Positions 47,890 to 58,869 of a stretch of 64,000 bases of DNA are shown in pieces (position 1 is the first letter of the stretch; each line of letters opens with the position of its first letter). The notes under the pieces are model-generated. The model saw only the letters and a list, made by a program, of their open reading frames with translations. It was not told where the DNA came from and ran no database searches. A program made the position numbers and the translations under genes. Source of the stretch: Alphaproteobacteria bacterium (GTDB taxonomy: Bacteria > Pseudomonadota > Alphaproteobacteria > Caedimonadales > UBA9215); NCBI GenBank assembly GCA_024281375.1, contig JAJSAD010000003.1:5514-69513 (forward strand). Direction: 5' to 3'.

Positions 47890-48768
47890 TTATAAATTTT
47901 TTAAGTCCAAAGCCCGCTGATTAAGCTGTTTTTTAGGCAAGCCCGTTAGGGTCACAACATCTTGCACAGCACTTTTAACACCTTGAGTTTTAAGGGCTCT
48001 TACCAGATGAGCATCGATCTCTTCTAGTGTCAATGTTCTCTCTTTTGTACGGATAATGAGGACCATTTCGCCTTTGAGAGGAAAGGTTCCTAGGTTTTTT
48101 ATTATCTCTTGTGGGGTTCCTCGAATCACTTGTTCAAAATTTTTGGTGAGTTCCCTTGCGATAGATAGGGTGTCAATGATTGGTGCTTCTTTTAGATAAT
48201 AGAGTGTTTTTTTAAGACGTTTTGGAGACTCATAAAAGATAAAGGTTTGATTGTCTGAAAGCCCCTCTATCATTTTCAAAGCTTCTTTTTCCTTTCGAGG
48301 GAAAAAGCCTTTAAATTCAAAAGAATCACTGGGAATACCCGATAAGAGGAGGGCCGATAAACCAGCGGAGGCGCCGGGAATACACGTCAGGTAAATATCT
48401 TGGGCAATGACTTGTTGCACTAATTTATAACCCGGATCAGAAATAAGGGGCATCCCCGCATCACTGACCAAAACCACGCGTCTTCTGTCTTTAAGGTGAG
48501 CCATAATTTGTCCGCCCCTTTGGTCTCCTTTAGCATCATTATAAATCAACAAGGGTTTATGAATGCCATAATGGGACAAGAGTTTTTTGGTCACACGTGT
48601 GTCTTCACAGGCAATAAAATCAGCTTTTTCTAATGTTGCAAGGGCTCGTAATGTGATATCTTCTAGATTACCAATGGGCGTCGCCACAAGGTAAAGCCCT
48701 GGGGGATATTTACATTTGGACCCACCCGCGATAAAATTCTCAATAGACACTTTATTAAAGGATGACAT
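47890..48768 (-). CDS. rsmI: 16S rRNA (cytidine1402-2'-O)-methyltransferase
   Basis: 'LYLVATPIGNLEDITLRAL' and 'IACEDTRVTKKLL'. I chose the ATG at 48768 because the 48798 start would overlap the divergent neighbour. The start is uncertain. Confidence 0.9.
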   Translation of the reverse strand: MSSFNKVSIENFIAGGSKCKYPPGLYLVATPIGNLEDITLRALATLEKADFIACEDTRVTKKLLSHYGIHKPLLIYNDAKGDQRGGQIMAHLKDRRRVVLVSDAGMPLISDPGYKLVQQVIAQDIYLTCIPGASAGLSALLLSGIPSDSFEFKGFFPRKEKEALKMIEGLSDNQTFIFYESPKRLKKTLYYLKEAPIIDTLSIARELTKNFEQVIRGTPQEIIKNLGTFPLKGEMVLIIRTKERTLTLEEIDAHLVRALKTQGVKSAVQDVVTLTGLPKKQLNQRALDLKNL

Positions 48769-48774
48769 ACAATA

Positions 48775-49965
48775 ATGACTCACTCTTTTTCTTTTCAAAA
48801 ATACGCAAGAGAAGCCCTTTTGGCAAGTTCTCTTAAAATAGTCCTTGTCAGTGCCTTGGTGGGTCTTCTCTTTTTAAGTGCCTGTTCTCAGAAACAACCA
48901 ACCTCCTTTGTGCCCATTGTTGATGAGCCATTGCCTTCAAAAGTCCAAGAAGAAGTTAAAAAATCCGACAAAGTTGCTTTGCTTTTACCGCTTTCTGGAC
49001 AACATAGTGACCTTGGGCAATCTCTGCAAAAAGCAGCGGAAATGAGCTTGTTTGATCATGGCGGAGATAAATTAAACGTTGCTATGTACGATACAAAAAG
49101 CTCTGCTTCTGGGGCGATGAGTGCAGCTCAACAAGCCGTTCAAGAAGGATCAGGACTTATCCTGGGGCCGATTTTTTCAAACCATGTCCAATCTGTAGCC
49201 CAAGTTGCACGGCGCGCTGGTATTAATGTTATTTCCTTTTCTAATAATAAAAATATCGCCAGCAGTGGTGTCTTTGCCCTTGGGTTTTCTCCCGAAGAAC
49301 AAGTGCGTCAGATCATCGCTTATGCTTCAAGCCATGGAAAGCAATCTTTTGGTGTCTTGGTTCCACGTAATGCTTATGGTTCTTTGGTGGAAAACGAGAT
49401 CCAACACCTTCGTCAACAGTACAATTTTGATGTGGAATTTATTCCCTATGACGTGAATTCCAAAAATTTATCCCATGATCTTAACCCTCTGAAGACCCTT
49501 AAGATTGATGCTCTCTTTATCCCAGAGGGGGGGCGTTCTCTCTCCCGTCTTATCTCTGCTATTTTGTATCAAGAAATTTCCTTAGAAGACATTCAACTTT
49601 TGGGAACAGGTCAATGGGATGACTCGAAAACCTTTGAAAATCATACGTTGCTCGGTGCCTGGATTGCCGCGCCCAACCCCCAAGAACGCCTCTCCTTTAA
49701 CGGAAAATATCAACAAGCTTATGGAGAAAGCCCTAACCGCCTGGCAACTTTAGCTTATGATGCTATTTCCATGCTCGCTGTTCTTCGTCGTCACCCAGGA
49801 GAACAAGCGTTTGGTTTTGCCGCTTTGACGCAAAGCCGTGGATTTGATGGTGTCGATGGTGTTTTTCGTCTCCAACAAAATGGTATAACAGACCGGAAAC
49901 TTTCTATTTTGATAGTGACTCAACAAGGGCTACAACCCCTCCAAATGGCAAGCTCCTCTTTTTAA
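48775..49965 (+). CDS. LpoA/LppC-like periplasmic-binding-fold lipoprotein (penicillin-binding protein activator-like)
   Basis: Lipobox 'LFLSAC' and a type-1 PBP fold pattern. It is divergent from rsmI, as yraL-yraM (rsmI-lpoA) are in E. coli. Confidence 0.6.
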   Translation: MTHSFSFQKYAREALLASSLKIVLVSALVGLLFLSACSQKQPTSFVPIVDEPLPSKVQEEVKKSDKVALLLPLSGQHSDLGQSLQKAAEMSLFDHGGDKLNVAMYDTKSSASGAMSAAQQAVQEGSGLILGPIFSNHVQSVAQVARRAGINVISFSNNKNIASSGVFALGFSPEEQVRQIIAYASSHGKQSFGVLVPRNAYGSLVENEIQHLRQQYNFDVEFIPYDVNSKNLSHDLNPLKTLKIDALFIPEGGRSLSRLISAILYQEISLEDIQLLGTGQWDDSKTFENHTLLGAWIAAPNPQERLSFNGKYQQAYGESPNRLATLAYDAISMLAVLRRHPGEQAFGFAALTQSRGFDGVDGVFRLQQNGITDRKLSILIVTQQGLQPLQMASSSF

Positions 49966-49977
49966 GGTATAGTGTTT

Positions 49978-50622
49978 ATGACACAGGTTCAAATTTCTCC
50001 TTCTATTTTATCGGCTAACTTCGCCAATCTTGGTGATGACGTTGAAAAACTTGAAAAAGCAGGGGCCGACCGCATTCACTTAGATGTTATGGATGGGCAT
50101 TTTGTGCCTAATATTACCTTTGGTCCGGCTCTTATTCGGGACCTACGATCCCGCACAAAATTGCCTTTTGAAGCACACCTTATGATTGCGCCTTGTGACT
50201 CCTATATTGAAGCGTTCGCCAAGGCTGGTGCTGATATTATCCTCGTTCACCCAGAGTCAGGGGCTCATCTTCACCGCACCATTCAACTCATTAAGGCCCA
50301 AGGGGTCAAAGCGGGTGTTGTTCTTAATCCCACCACTAACATTGAGTTTCTTGATTACGTTATTGATATTATTGATCAAGTTCTTGTGATGTCTGTTAAT
50401 CCTGGTTTTGGAGGGCAAAAGTTCATCCAATCTCAATTGCCAAAGATCAAAGAAGTTAAGGCTCTTATCAAAGACCGTCCGATTGATATCGAAGTTGATG
50501 GTGGTGTTACACCAGAAACAGCGCCTGCCTGTATTGAAGCCGGTGCTAACATCCTTGTAGCTGGAACATCTGTCTTTAAAACGCCGGATTATAAAGCGAA
50601 CATTGATGCCCTAAAAGTATAA
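49978..50622 (+). CDS. rpe: Ribulose-phosphate 3-epimerase
   Basis: 'ISPSILSANFANLG', 'HLDVMDGHFVPN' and 'MSVNPGFGGQKF'. Confidence 0.95.
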   Translation: MTQVQISPSILSANFANLGDDVEKLEKAGADRIHLDVMDGHFVPNITFGPALIRDLRSRTKLPFEAHLMIAPCDSYIEAFAKAGADIILVHPESGAHLHRTIQLIKAQGVKAGVVLNPTTNIEFLDYVIDIIDQVLVMSVNPGFGGQKFIQSQLPKIKEVKALIKDRPIDIEVDGGVTPETAPACIEAGANILVAGTSVFKTPDYKANIDALKV

Positions 50623-50726
50623 TCATGTCAAAAAAGTCCCAGACGTCGTTATTGGGTCGGGGCTAAAGCGTAATTTTTTCTATTTTAAATTCACATCTCT
50701 TTTATAAACGTTTATCATGAAAGATA

Positions 50727-52490
50727 ATGGAATTTTTAATGAGTTGTTTAAAGATGGGATTACTCCTACAAAAGCTGAAAAACGTTGACATAAGGGGACA
50801 TTTTTCTGTCGCTCATTGGGATCGGCGCGTGCTGATTTTCTGTCATGATATTATAGCTCTTTTTGCCGCTATGCAGCTTTCTATGTGGCTTGTTCTCCGG
50901 GATGAATTGTCGTTGCTTGACCCTGGTTTTGTGATCAAAGAGTCACTCATTTTCGCCTTGATCTCCAGTGGCTTTTTCTTATGGTTTCAAACCTACAAAG
51001 GGGTGTGGCGTTATGTCTCATGGCGTCAATCTGCTTTAATTGCGGGTGTTCTGGGATTCGCCTCTCTTATCTTTTTTCCTCTTTTAACGAAAGCCCATAT
51101 GCAACCCATCTCTATTCCTGCTGTGACCGTTTTGGTTAATTGGGGTGTTGCAAGCACTTTTTTGATCGGATCACGGGTGTTCTTTAAGGTGTTTCATGAG
51201 CGTTGGTCTGTTGCTGATGAAAGTCTTTTAACGGATATTCCCCTGGCGAGAGTCATTTTAGTAGGAGCGGGCCCTGGAGCAAAAGCTTTTTTAAAGCACC
51301 TTAATCGTCAAAAAATACAACTCTATGATGTTTTGGGGTATGTGGAAACCAACCCAAAATTGGATACAACCCTTGAAGGAATTGATGGGTTGGGTAGCCT
51401 GGCAGACTTACCTGATTTGATTGAAAATTTTAATTCTGAGGGACTACACCCTCATCATATTGTCTTTACAGATTCTGATTATTTTGGGTCCAAGGCACAG
51501 GCACTTTTAAAGAATCTTGCTCCTTTTAAGGTTGGATTTATGGCCCTCCAAAAAGGAAGAAGAACCTTAAGTCCCTTGACCATAGAAGATGTTTTTTATA
51601 AAAAAACGGGTGAGGGTTTTGCAAAGGCATTTGCAGATAAAAATGTTTTAATTTATGGGGCAACATGTGCACTTGGACAGAAATTGTCTAAAATTTTTGT
51701 AAACAGTTCCTGTTCGACAGTTGTTTTGTGGGATCAAAATGCGTCGGCTTTAGTTGATTTGAAGAAGGGGTTTGCCTCAAAAAAAGTCGTGTTTTTTTCA
51801 AAGTCAAATTGTGCTAAGGCTCAGTTGGTTTCCTACCTAAAAGAGCATAAAATTGATTTGGTGGTGAACTTAAAGTCTTTTGCAGCTTTGGAAGTAGAAC
51901 CTTATGATCCCTCTTTATCTTTTGAAGTTTATGTTGAGGAAAATGAACAGTTTGCTATGGCTTGTGAAAAGGCAGGGGTGGGGAATTATTATTTTATAAC
52001 CCAAGAGGCCCCCCATGGCCCCCTTGCAAGGCAACTTTCTCCTGTTGCGAATCATGTTTTAAAGGGTCACTCTAAATCCTCTGATAAAATATCTAAGTCC
52101 GTTTATGCGGTCATTAATTTGCCTTATGTGCTTTCTCAAAAGGATTGTTTTTTTCAAGGTTCTTCTCATTTCATGATCACAAAAAATGAGCTTCCCGTTG
52201 TGTCTCCTGCTTATGGGGCTTATATGTTAGGGCGTATTATATCAGATATTTTAACGAACACATCTTGGACGGGGAGAGATAAATTCCAGATGGACACCCG
52301 TGCTTATAGCGATATTGCAATACTTTATTCACGTCTAAACCATAATGCCCCTAAGCCGGCTTATTCTCTTAAAGAGACAACACCTCAATCTATAAAGTGG
52401 AATGAAGAATACTATAAAGTTGTGCAACGTTGTTTGAAGAACATGGATTATAAAGGGGCCGTTGAAACGCTGAATTCTCTCTATGCATAG
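50727..52490 (+). CDS. CapD/WbpM/PglF-like membrane-anchored polysaccharide biosynthesis protein with a degenerate catalytic domain
   Basis: Four N-terminal TM segments, 'VILVGAGPGAKAF..', 'VLGYVE', 'IEDVFYKK' and 'VLIYGATCALGQKL'. In the expected positions I cannot find the 'STDKA' or 'MG.SK' catalytic motifs. Confidence 0.65.
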   Translation: MEFLMSCLKMGLLLQKLKNVDIRGHFSVAHWDRRVLIFCHDIIALFAAMQLSMWLVLRDELSLLDPGFVIKESLIFALISSGFFLWFQTYKGVWRYVSWRQSALIAGVLGFASLIFFPLLTKAHMQPISIPAVTVLVNWGVASTFLIGSRVFFKVFHERWSVADESLLTDIPLARVILVGAGPGAKAFLKHLNRQKIQLYDVLGYVETNPKLDTTLEGIDGLGSLADLPDLIENFNSEGLHPHHIVFTDSDYFGSKAQALLKNLAPFKVGFMALQKGRRTLSPLTIEDVFYKKTGEGFAKAFADKNVLIYGATCALGQKLSKIFVNSSCSTVVLWDQNASALVDLKKGFASKKVVFFSKSNCAKAQLVSYLKEHKIDLVVNLKSFAALEVEPYDPSLSFEVYVEENEQFAMACEKAGVGNYYFITQEAPHGPLARQLSPVANHVLKGHSKSSDKISKSVYAVINLPYVLSQKDCFFQGSSHFMITKNELPVVSPAYGAYMLGRIISDILTNTSWTGRDKFQMDTRAYSDIAILYSRLNHNAPKPAYSLKETTPQSIKWNEEYYKVVQRCLKNMDYKGAVETLNSLYA

Positions 52491-52721
52491 GATTCCTTAA
52501 GTCTTTTGATTTTACTATGAAAAGGCTCTGAACTCACCAAAGAAGAGTGGCAAAAAAACCTTACTTATTAACTCCTTACGCAACCTTTCTTAACGAAAAA
52601 TTAATTATTTCAATGAAATCATAGGGTAAGGGGAAATAAAACAGGAAGATTGCCGCCCCTCATTATAAAAAAACAGACAAAAGGGAGAAAAATAATCTTG
52701 TAAGTGTAGGAGTATTTTGAC

Positions 52722-53162
52722 ATGGTTTTAGAAAAAACAAATGTTCTTTTCGTAGAAAATAATGATATGGACTTTGAATTGGCTAAGCGTGCTTTCAGGC
52801 TTGCGAAACTTAATACGCGCATTATTCGCCATTCTACAGGGCAGGCTGTTCTTGATATGCTTGAGAAAAATACATCGGGAGAGTTGAAACCCAAAGAATA
52901 TCCCCACCTTATTTTCCTAGATCTGAGTATGCCAGATATTATAGGACAAGATATTTTGACACTTATTCGGCAAGATCCAAAGATGAAAGATGTTCCTGTT
53001 ATTATTTTGTCAGAGCATACAGATCAAGAAATTATCAATGAACTGTATGGACTTGGAGCCAATAGTTTTATGGTGAAGCCTATGAACTTTGATGACTTAA
53101 CCTCTTTTTTTCAATTAATCCGAGAATATTGGCTTAATGTGATGAAGCTCCCTCTACATTAA
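52722..53162 (+). CDS. Stand-alone response-regulator receiver protein
   Basis: 'VLFVENNDMD', 'LIFLDLSMPDIIG', 'PVIILS' and 'GANSFMVKP'. Confidence 0.88.
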   Translation: MVLEKTNVLFVENNDMDFELAKRAFRLAKLNTRIIRHSTGQAVLDMLEKNTSGELKPKEYPHLIFLDLSMPDIIGQDILTLIRQDPKMKDVPVIILSEHTDQEIINELYGLGANSFMVKPMNFDDLTSFFQLIREYWLNVMKLPLH

Positions 53163-53168
53163 AAGTGA

Positions 53169-53729
53169 CTATCCTGTTACGACATAATCTAGGACGACAT
53201 CATGGGATTCAGTAGGAATTTGATCAACCCGCTGGCATGGGTAGGCCCAGCCGATTTTAAGGGCCTTGGGTTGAGTCGAGAGGTAGCGATCATAGTGCCC
53301 TTTTCCATACCCCAAACGATGGTTGGCCGGATCAAAAGCCAATAAAGGAACAATATAAACTGTTGGTTTAACCACAGCCACAGCCGCTAAAGGTTCTCTC
53401 ACCCCCAAAGGAGATTTAACCAATTCATCCCCCAAAGAATAGGCCTGGAATACAAGTCCCTCTTCACTCATTATCCGAGGAAGCGCTAGGGAAATACCAT
53501 TTTTATGAAGAGTTTCCATGAGAAAAATTGTTGAGGCTTCGCTTTTTAAAGGATGATACAGCCCAACTCGAGCGCCTTCTTTGAGAGCCTTTTGCACAGT
53601 TTCAAGTTCAAAGAGTTGTTCTGTACGTTGCCACTCGAGCTCTTGTAAGTCTTCGGGAGAACAAGATTCAACAAAGGCGTGTCTCTGTTCTATTGCTGTT
53701 TCCCGCATTCTTTGTTTTGTTGACGCCAT
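53169..53729 (-). CDS. 5-formyltetrahydrofolate cyclo-ligase
   Basis: 'KQRMRETAIEQR', 'VYIVPLLAFD' and 'RLGYGKGHYDRYL'. The ATG at 53729 avoids overlap with sucD. Confidence 0.82.
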   Translation of the reverse strand: MASTKQRMRETAIEQRHAFVESCSPEDLQELEWQRTEQLFELETVQKALKEGARVGLYHPLKSEASTIFLMETLHKNGISLALPRIMSEEGLVFQAYSLGDELVKSPLGVREPLAAVAVVKPTVYIVPLLAFDPANHRLGYGKGHYDRYLSTQPKALKIGWAYPCQRVDQIPTESHDVVLDYVVTG

Positions 53730-53749
53730 GCTCAATCCCCTTGACCCTT

Positions 53750-54646
53750 TCAAGAAGCCTTGGTGTGGGTACACTTCTCCATCACTTCAAACATCACCCG
53801 ACCAATGTCTGCGGGAGAATCTGCCATAATAATACCAGCGGCTTTCATGGCGGAAATTTTACCTTGAGCCGTCCCTTCACCCCCAGAAACAATAGCGCCG
53901 GCATGACCCATGCGGCGCCCTTCAGGAGCCGTTACCCCGGCAATAAATCCTACAACGGGTTTCTTAATGGCATGAACTTTAATGAGGTCTGCGGCGGCTT
54001 CCTCAGCACTGCCCCCGATCTCCCCAATCATGACAATACCCTCAGTTTCAGGATCATTCAAAAACATCTCAATACAATCTACAAAGGTTGTCCCCGGAAT
54101 GGGATCGCCCCCAATACCAATGCAGGTTGTTTGACCAAGGCCGACCTGAGTTGTTTGCCACACGGCTTCATAGGTTAATGTACCAGACCTAGAGACAATA
54201 CCGATATTACCGGGCTTATGAATGTGTCCCGGCATAATACCAATCTTACAGTCACCTGGGGTAATGACCCCAGGACAGTTAGGCCCAATAAGCCGTGAAC
54301 TAGAATTTTCTAGAGCCGCTTTAACGGCAACCATATCTTGAATGGGAATCCCTTCTGTAATACAGATAATAAGAGCAATGTGGGCATCAATAGCCTCAAG
54401 AATAGCATCGGCCGCAAAGGCCGGTGGGACGTAAATCACCGTTGCTTCAGCGCCGGTTTCTTGCACGGCTTCTTTCACCGTATTAAAAACGGGCAGCCCC
54501 AAATGAGTTGTGCCGCCTTTACCAGGAGTCACGCCGCCAACCATATTGGTGCCGTACTCGATGGCTTGTTCTGAGTGAAAAGTACCTTGGGCCCCTGTAA
54601 AGCCCTGACAAATAACTTTTGTTGATTTATTAATAAGCACACTCAT
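53750..54646 (-). CDS. sucD: Succinyl-CoA synthetase alpha subunit
   Basis: '[23 protein letters not shown]', 'GPNCPG' and 'RRMGHAGAI'. Confidence 0.96.
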   Translation of the reverse strand: MSVLINKSTKVICQGFTGAQGTFHSEQAIEYGTNMVGGVTPGKGGTTHLGLPVFNTVKEAVQETGAEATVIYVPPAFAADAILEAIDAHIALIICITEGIPIQDMVAVKAALENSSSRLIGPNCPGVITPGDCKIGIMPGHIHKPGNIGIVSRSGTLTYEAVWQTTQVGLGQTTCIGIGGDPIPGTTFVDCIEMFLNDPETEGIVMIGEIGGSAEEAAADLIKVHAIKKPVVGFIAGVTAPEGRRMGHAGAIVSGGEGTAQGKISAMKAAGIIMADSPADIGRVMFEVMEKCTHTKAS

Positions 54647-54647
54647 G

Positions 54648-55817
54648 TTACGCAGCCTCCTTGACCGATTGAACAATTTGCTTTGCCGCATCACCGAGAT
54701 CATCAGCCGCAATAATGGGGAGACCAGAATTCTTTAAAATCTCTTTACCTTGGGTCACATTGGTTCCTTCCAAACGCACCACAAGAGGCACATTAATGCC
54801 AACGTCTTTCGCCGCAGACACAATACCTTCTGCAATAATATCGCAGCGCATAATGCCCCCAAAAATATTCACTAAAATTCCTTCAACATTAGAATCACGC
54901 AAGATCAATTTAAACGCCGTTGTTACCCGCTCGCGAGGCGCTCCGCCCCCAACATCCAGAAAGTTCGCAGGCTCTCCCCCAAAGAGCTTAATAACATCCA
55001 TGGTCGCCATAGCAAGGCCCGCCCCATTAACCATGCACCCAATATTTCCATCAAGCTTGATATAACTAAGGTCATGTTTGTTAGCCTCATGTTCTGAGGG
55101 GTCTTCTTCATCCAAATCACGAAGTTCCTCGATATCAGGATGACGATACAAAGCATTATCATCAAAATCCATCTTTGCATCAAGGGCGATGCAGTCACCG
55201 TCTTCTGTAATGGCGAGAGGGTTAATTTCAACAAGGCTTGCATCATAATGGCAATAGGTTTCAAAAACACCTTTGATTAAATTAGCTGTTTTGAGAGCTG
55301 TTTTCCCTTCAAGCCCAAGAGCAAAAGCCAAGTCACGACCTTGATACGCTTGAAATCCGAGAGCTGGATCAATGGTCACTTTCTTGATTTTTTCGGGGGT
55401 TTCAGCCGCAACGGCTTCGATGTTCATCCCACCGGCTTCTGAGGCTACAAAGGTTAAACGACCTGAGGCTCGATCCAATAAAACACTGAGATAAAGTTCT
55501 TGAGCAATGGCACAGCCTTTTTCAATATAAACACGATTCACCTTTTGACCCTCAGCCCCGGTTTGAGGAGTGACTAACGTCATGCCAATAATTTTTTCTG
55601 CATGTTCTTTGACTTCTGCCAAAGACTTGGCGATTTTTACACCACCGCCCTTACCGCGCCCCCCTGCATGGATTTGAGCTTTTACGGCCCACACATTGCC
55701 CCCTAATTCTTTAGCAGCTTCCTCAGCTTCTTGGGCTGTATAAGCGACCTTACCAGGGCTAATGGGTACGCCAAATTTACTCAAAAGTTGTTTGGCTTGG
55801 TACTCATGAATTTTCAT
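54648..55817 (-). CDS. sucC: Succinyl-CoA synthetase beta subunit
   Basis: '[12 protein letters not shown]', '[14 protein letters not shown]' and '[10 protein letters not shown]'. Confidence 0.96.
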   Translation of the reverse strand: MKIHEYQAKQLLSKFGVPISPGKVAYTAQEAEEAAKELGGNVWAVKAQIHAGGRGKGGGVKIAKSLAEVKEHAEKIIGMTLVTPQTGAEGQKVNRVYIEKGCAIAQELYLSVLLDRASGRLTFVASEAGGMNIEAVAAETPEKIKKVTIDPALGFQAYQGRDLAFALGLEGKTALKTANLIKGVFETYCHYDASLVEINPLAITEDGDCIALDAKMDFDDNALYRHPDIEELRDLDEEDPSEHEANKHDLSYIKLDGNIGCMVNGAGLAMATMDVIKLFGGEPANFLDVGGGAPRERVTTAFKLILRDSNVEGILVNIFGGIMRCDIIAEGIVSAAKDVGINVPLVVRLEGTNVTQGKEILKNSGLPIIAADDLGDAAKQIVQSVKEAA

Positions 55818-55856
55818 GGATTAAGATCCTTATTTTTAAATTAGGTCAGCTTTTTC

Positions 55857-56819
<963 letters not shown>

Positions 56820-56859
56820 TTATTGTATCTCCACTGTAACTTTTTTTCTCACAATTATG

Positions 56860-57498
56860 CTAGTTTAACACTTCCTTTAAGAAGACACCACCGGCCTTAA
56901 AGCCTTCTTCACTAATTTCATGACCAACACGCGCAGACGTGATAAGTCGGCTATCACATCCAAGCGCTTCTAAGTCTTTTTGGCCTTGAACGCTGAAATT
57001 TACAGGCACCACATCATCAGCTTCTCCATGGCAAAGTAATGCAGCTGGTGTATTAAGAACTGTCAAACCATCATCTTTGGTAAATCCGCCTGAATATCCC
57101 AAAACTCCTGCACACTCTTCAATACCATAAACACTCTGGTGAATGGCCAACATAGACCCTTGAGAAAACCCCACCAAAGCAACATTTTCAAGAGACACAC
57201 CATAGTGCTGAGCCTGCCCCTTAATATAAGAGGACACAACCTCAGAGATTCCTCTCAGACGCTCTTGTACCAACGCCGGTGTTTTTTCTTTCAAAGAGAA
57301 CCATTGGTATCCAAACCCCATTTTGCAAGGATTTAAACCATTAGGGGCCACAAAAGCTGTATTGGGTAAAAGCGATGACCATCCTTGAGCAAGACCGATC
57401 AGATTGTCTCCATCAGCTCCATAACCATGAAAGATAATCACGAGATGCTCGATATCACCTTGTGGCGGTTCAAAAGTGGGGCCCGATAACGTCGTCAT
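56860..57498 (-). CDS. Phospholipase/carboxylesterase-family alpha/beta hydrolase
   Basis: 'LVIIFHGYGADGDNL', the nucleophile elbow 'GFSQGSM' and 'HGEADDVVP'. Confidence 0.82.
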   Translation of the reverse strand: MTTLSGPTFEPPQGDIEHLVIIFHGYGADGDNLIGLAQGWSSLLPNTAFVAPNGLNPCKMGFGYQWFSLKEKTPALVQERLRGISEVVSSYIKGQAQHYGVSLENVALVGFSQGSMLAIHQSVYGIEECAGVLGYSGGFTKDDGLTVLNTPAALLCHGEADDVVPVNFSVQGQKDLEALGCDSRLITSARVGHEISEEGFKAGGVFLKEVLN

Positions 57499-57591
57499 AA
57501 ATTAAGTCCTTTTAAGTGAGATTTATAATACCCGACTTAGCAACACAAGACTATAGGCGAAACTCAATGCCGGCACAAAAGGAACAGATTT

Positions 57592-57942
57592 TTAACGTAA
57601 AATTCCTGATATTATAATGCCTAAAATACCAGCGCTAATGAGAAAAAGAGGAAGTTCTTGCAAATGAATCGAGAGAAGAAGCGGCAGCAATAAAACAAGA
57701 TCTCCATTACCCATCACGCTTTTCCCAAAGCTTAAAAAAGCAATGAATTTTGTCATAACTAACAATCCTAAAATCCCCAAAACCATCTCGTAGTTGATGG
57801 GAAAATCTAAAAGGATTAACCCGGGGAGTGTGATTCCCATTAACCCTAAAAGTCCCAACACAGAAATCCGTTTTGTACGCCAATCTTGGTAAGAGAGATG
57901 TGCTAAAAAGAGAAATTGTATAGGGTAAAACAATAAAATCAT
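57592..57942 (-). CDS. Minimal A24-type prepilin-peptidase-like membrane protein
   Basis: 116 aa with four TM segments. It has 'SYQDWRTKRIS' and 'MGNGDLVLL' (GxGD-like). It is unlinked to the cpa locus. Confidence 0.6.
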   Translation of the reverse strand: MILLFYPIQFLFLAHLSYQDWRTKRISVLGLLGLMGITLPGLILLDFPINYEMVLGILGLLVMTKFIAFLSFGKSVMGNGDLVLLLPLLLSIHLQELPLFLISAGILGIIISGILR

Positions 57943-58265
57943 ATCAATCCCAACGATTTGAATTTCTCTAAAAGAACCTCAGCATTGCAGTCGATTTCAA
58001 ACAACTTTGAGCGTGAAAGCTCCCCCCGCACAATATGAAAAGCAGACTTTGGGAGTTTTAAGGATTTTGACAAAAGTTTTAATAACGCTTTGTTCGCCAG
58101 GCCTTTTTCAGGAATTGCCGTTACCATAGCCTTTAAAATGACATCCCCTAATAAGTCTGCTTCAAGGCTTATCAGCTTATTAGAAGAGGCTCCTGGGGTG
58201 AGCCTTACCAATAAACGCGTTTTCCCATGGTGGTCTTGCTTGGTAGCCTTGAAAGTGCATTGCAT
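57939..58265 (-). CDS. DUF167 (YggU) family protein
   Basis: 'LLVRLTPGASSNKL', 'VTAIPEKGLANKALLKLLSKSL' and 'IVRGELSRSKLFEI'. I chose the ATG at 58265. Confidence 0.8.
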   Translation of the reverse strand: MQCTFKATKQDHHGKTRLLVRLTPGASSNKLISLEADLLGDVILKAMVTAIPEKGLANKALLKLLSKSLKLPKSAFHIVRGELSRSKLFEIDCNAEVLLEKFKSLGLI

Positions 58266-58335
58266 TGCTTTACTTTTAGTTAGGAATAGCCTAAGAAAAT
58301 ATAGGACTTCCCTTAACAGAAGACAAGACTCTGAT

Positions 58336-58731
58336 ATGTTCACTTTCCGCCCTCATCATTTCTTTTGCACCCTTGGTTTTCAAGGGAAAGGCTATTCTAA
58401 AGGATTCGTTGACAATTTTAGCCAGATTAAAAATGATCTAACCGAGGAAACCCTTATCACCGTTACATCAAAAACAGATGATATTTGTTCTCCTTGCCCC
58501 CATCGTTGTAGTGACGTGTGCGCGACGCAACAAAAGATTGAGAAACTAGATCAAGCTCATGCTAAGGCCTTAGATTTAAAGGAAGGGGGTAGAGTAACCT
58601 GGAGAGAAGCTCAAAAACGCCTCGCGCAGCTTACCCTTCAAGATCACAAAAATATTTGCCAAGAATGCCAGTGGTTAAACCTGGGATTATGCTCTGATTC
58701 TTTAGAAAAATTAAAGAACTCTCTTCTTTAA
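58336..58731 (+). CDS. DUF1284 family protein
   Basis: 'FRPHHFFCTLGFQGKGYSKGFVDNF' and a Cys-rich 'CSPCPHRCSDVC'. I chose the ATG at 58336; the upstream extension overlaps DUF167 antisense. Confidence 0.78.
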   Translation: MFTFRPHHFFCTLGFQGKGYSKGFVDNFSQIKNDLTEETLITVTSKTDDICSPCPHRCSDVCATQQKIEKLDQAHAKALDLKEGGRVTWREAQKRLAQLTLQDHKNICQECQWLNLGLCSDSLEKLKNSLL

Positions 58732-58869
58732 AATACCACCTGTTGCTTTTTTGCAACATTCCAAATAGAAATACATCCAATATGTCAAAATTAATTGTCC
58801 TCATAGGCAAAATTTTCTATAAGAAGACCAAGCGGGTTAACCCGTCAATAAAAATAAAGGATTATAAAA

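Noticed and set aside
53693-54178. Long antisense ORFs inside sucD (53693..54178), sucC (54715..55065, 54923..55270), mdh (56406..56900), dnaK, sdhA, gatA and others.
   Set aside because: Each overlaps a strongly conserved gene on the other strand or in another frame, and their products are compositionally odd (Ser/Arg/Leu-rich). These are typical shadow ORFs.
58090-58335. The N-terminal 82-codon extension of the DUF1284 ORF, and similar upstream extensions of gatA, fdxA, sucD, dnaK, the kinase and the DUF167 gene.
   Set aside because: The extensions overlap neighbouring genes and precede internal ATGs that align with the conserved N-termini of the families.
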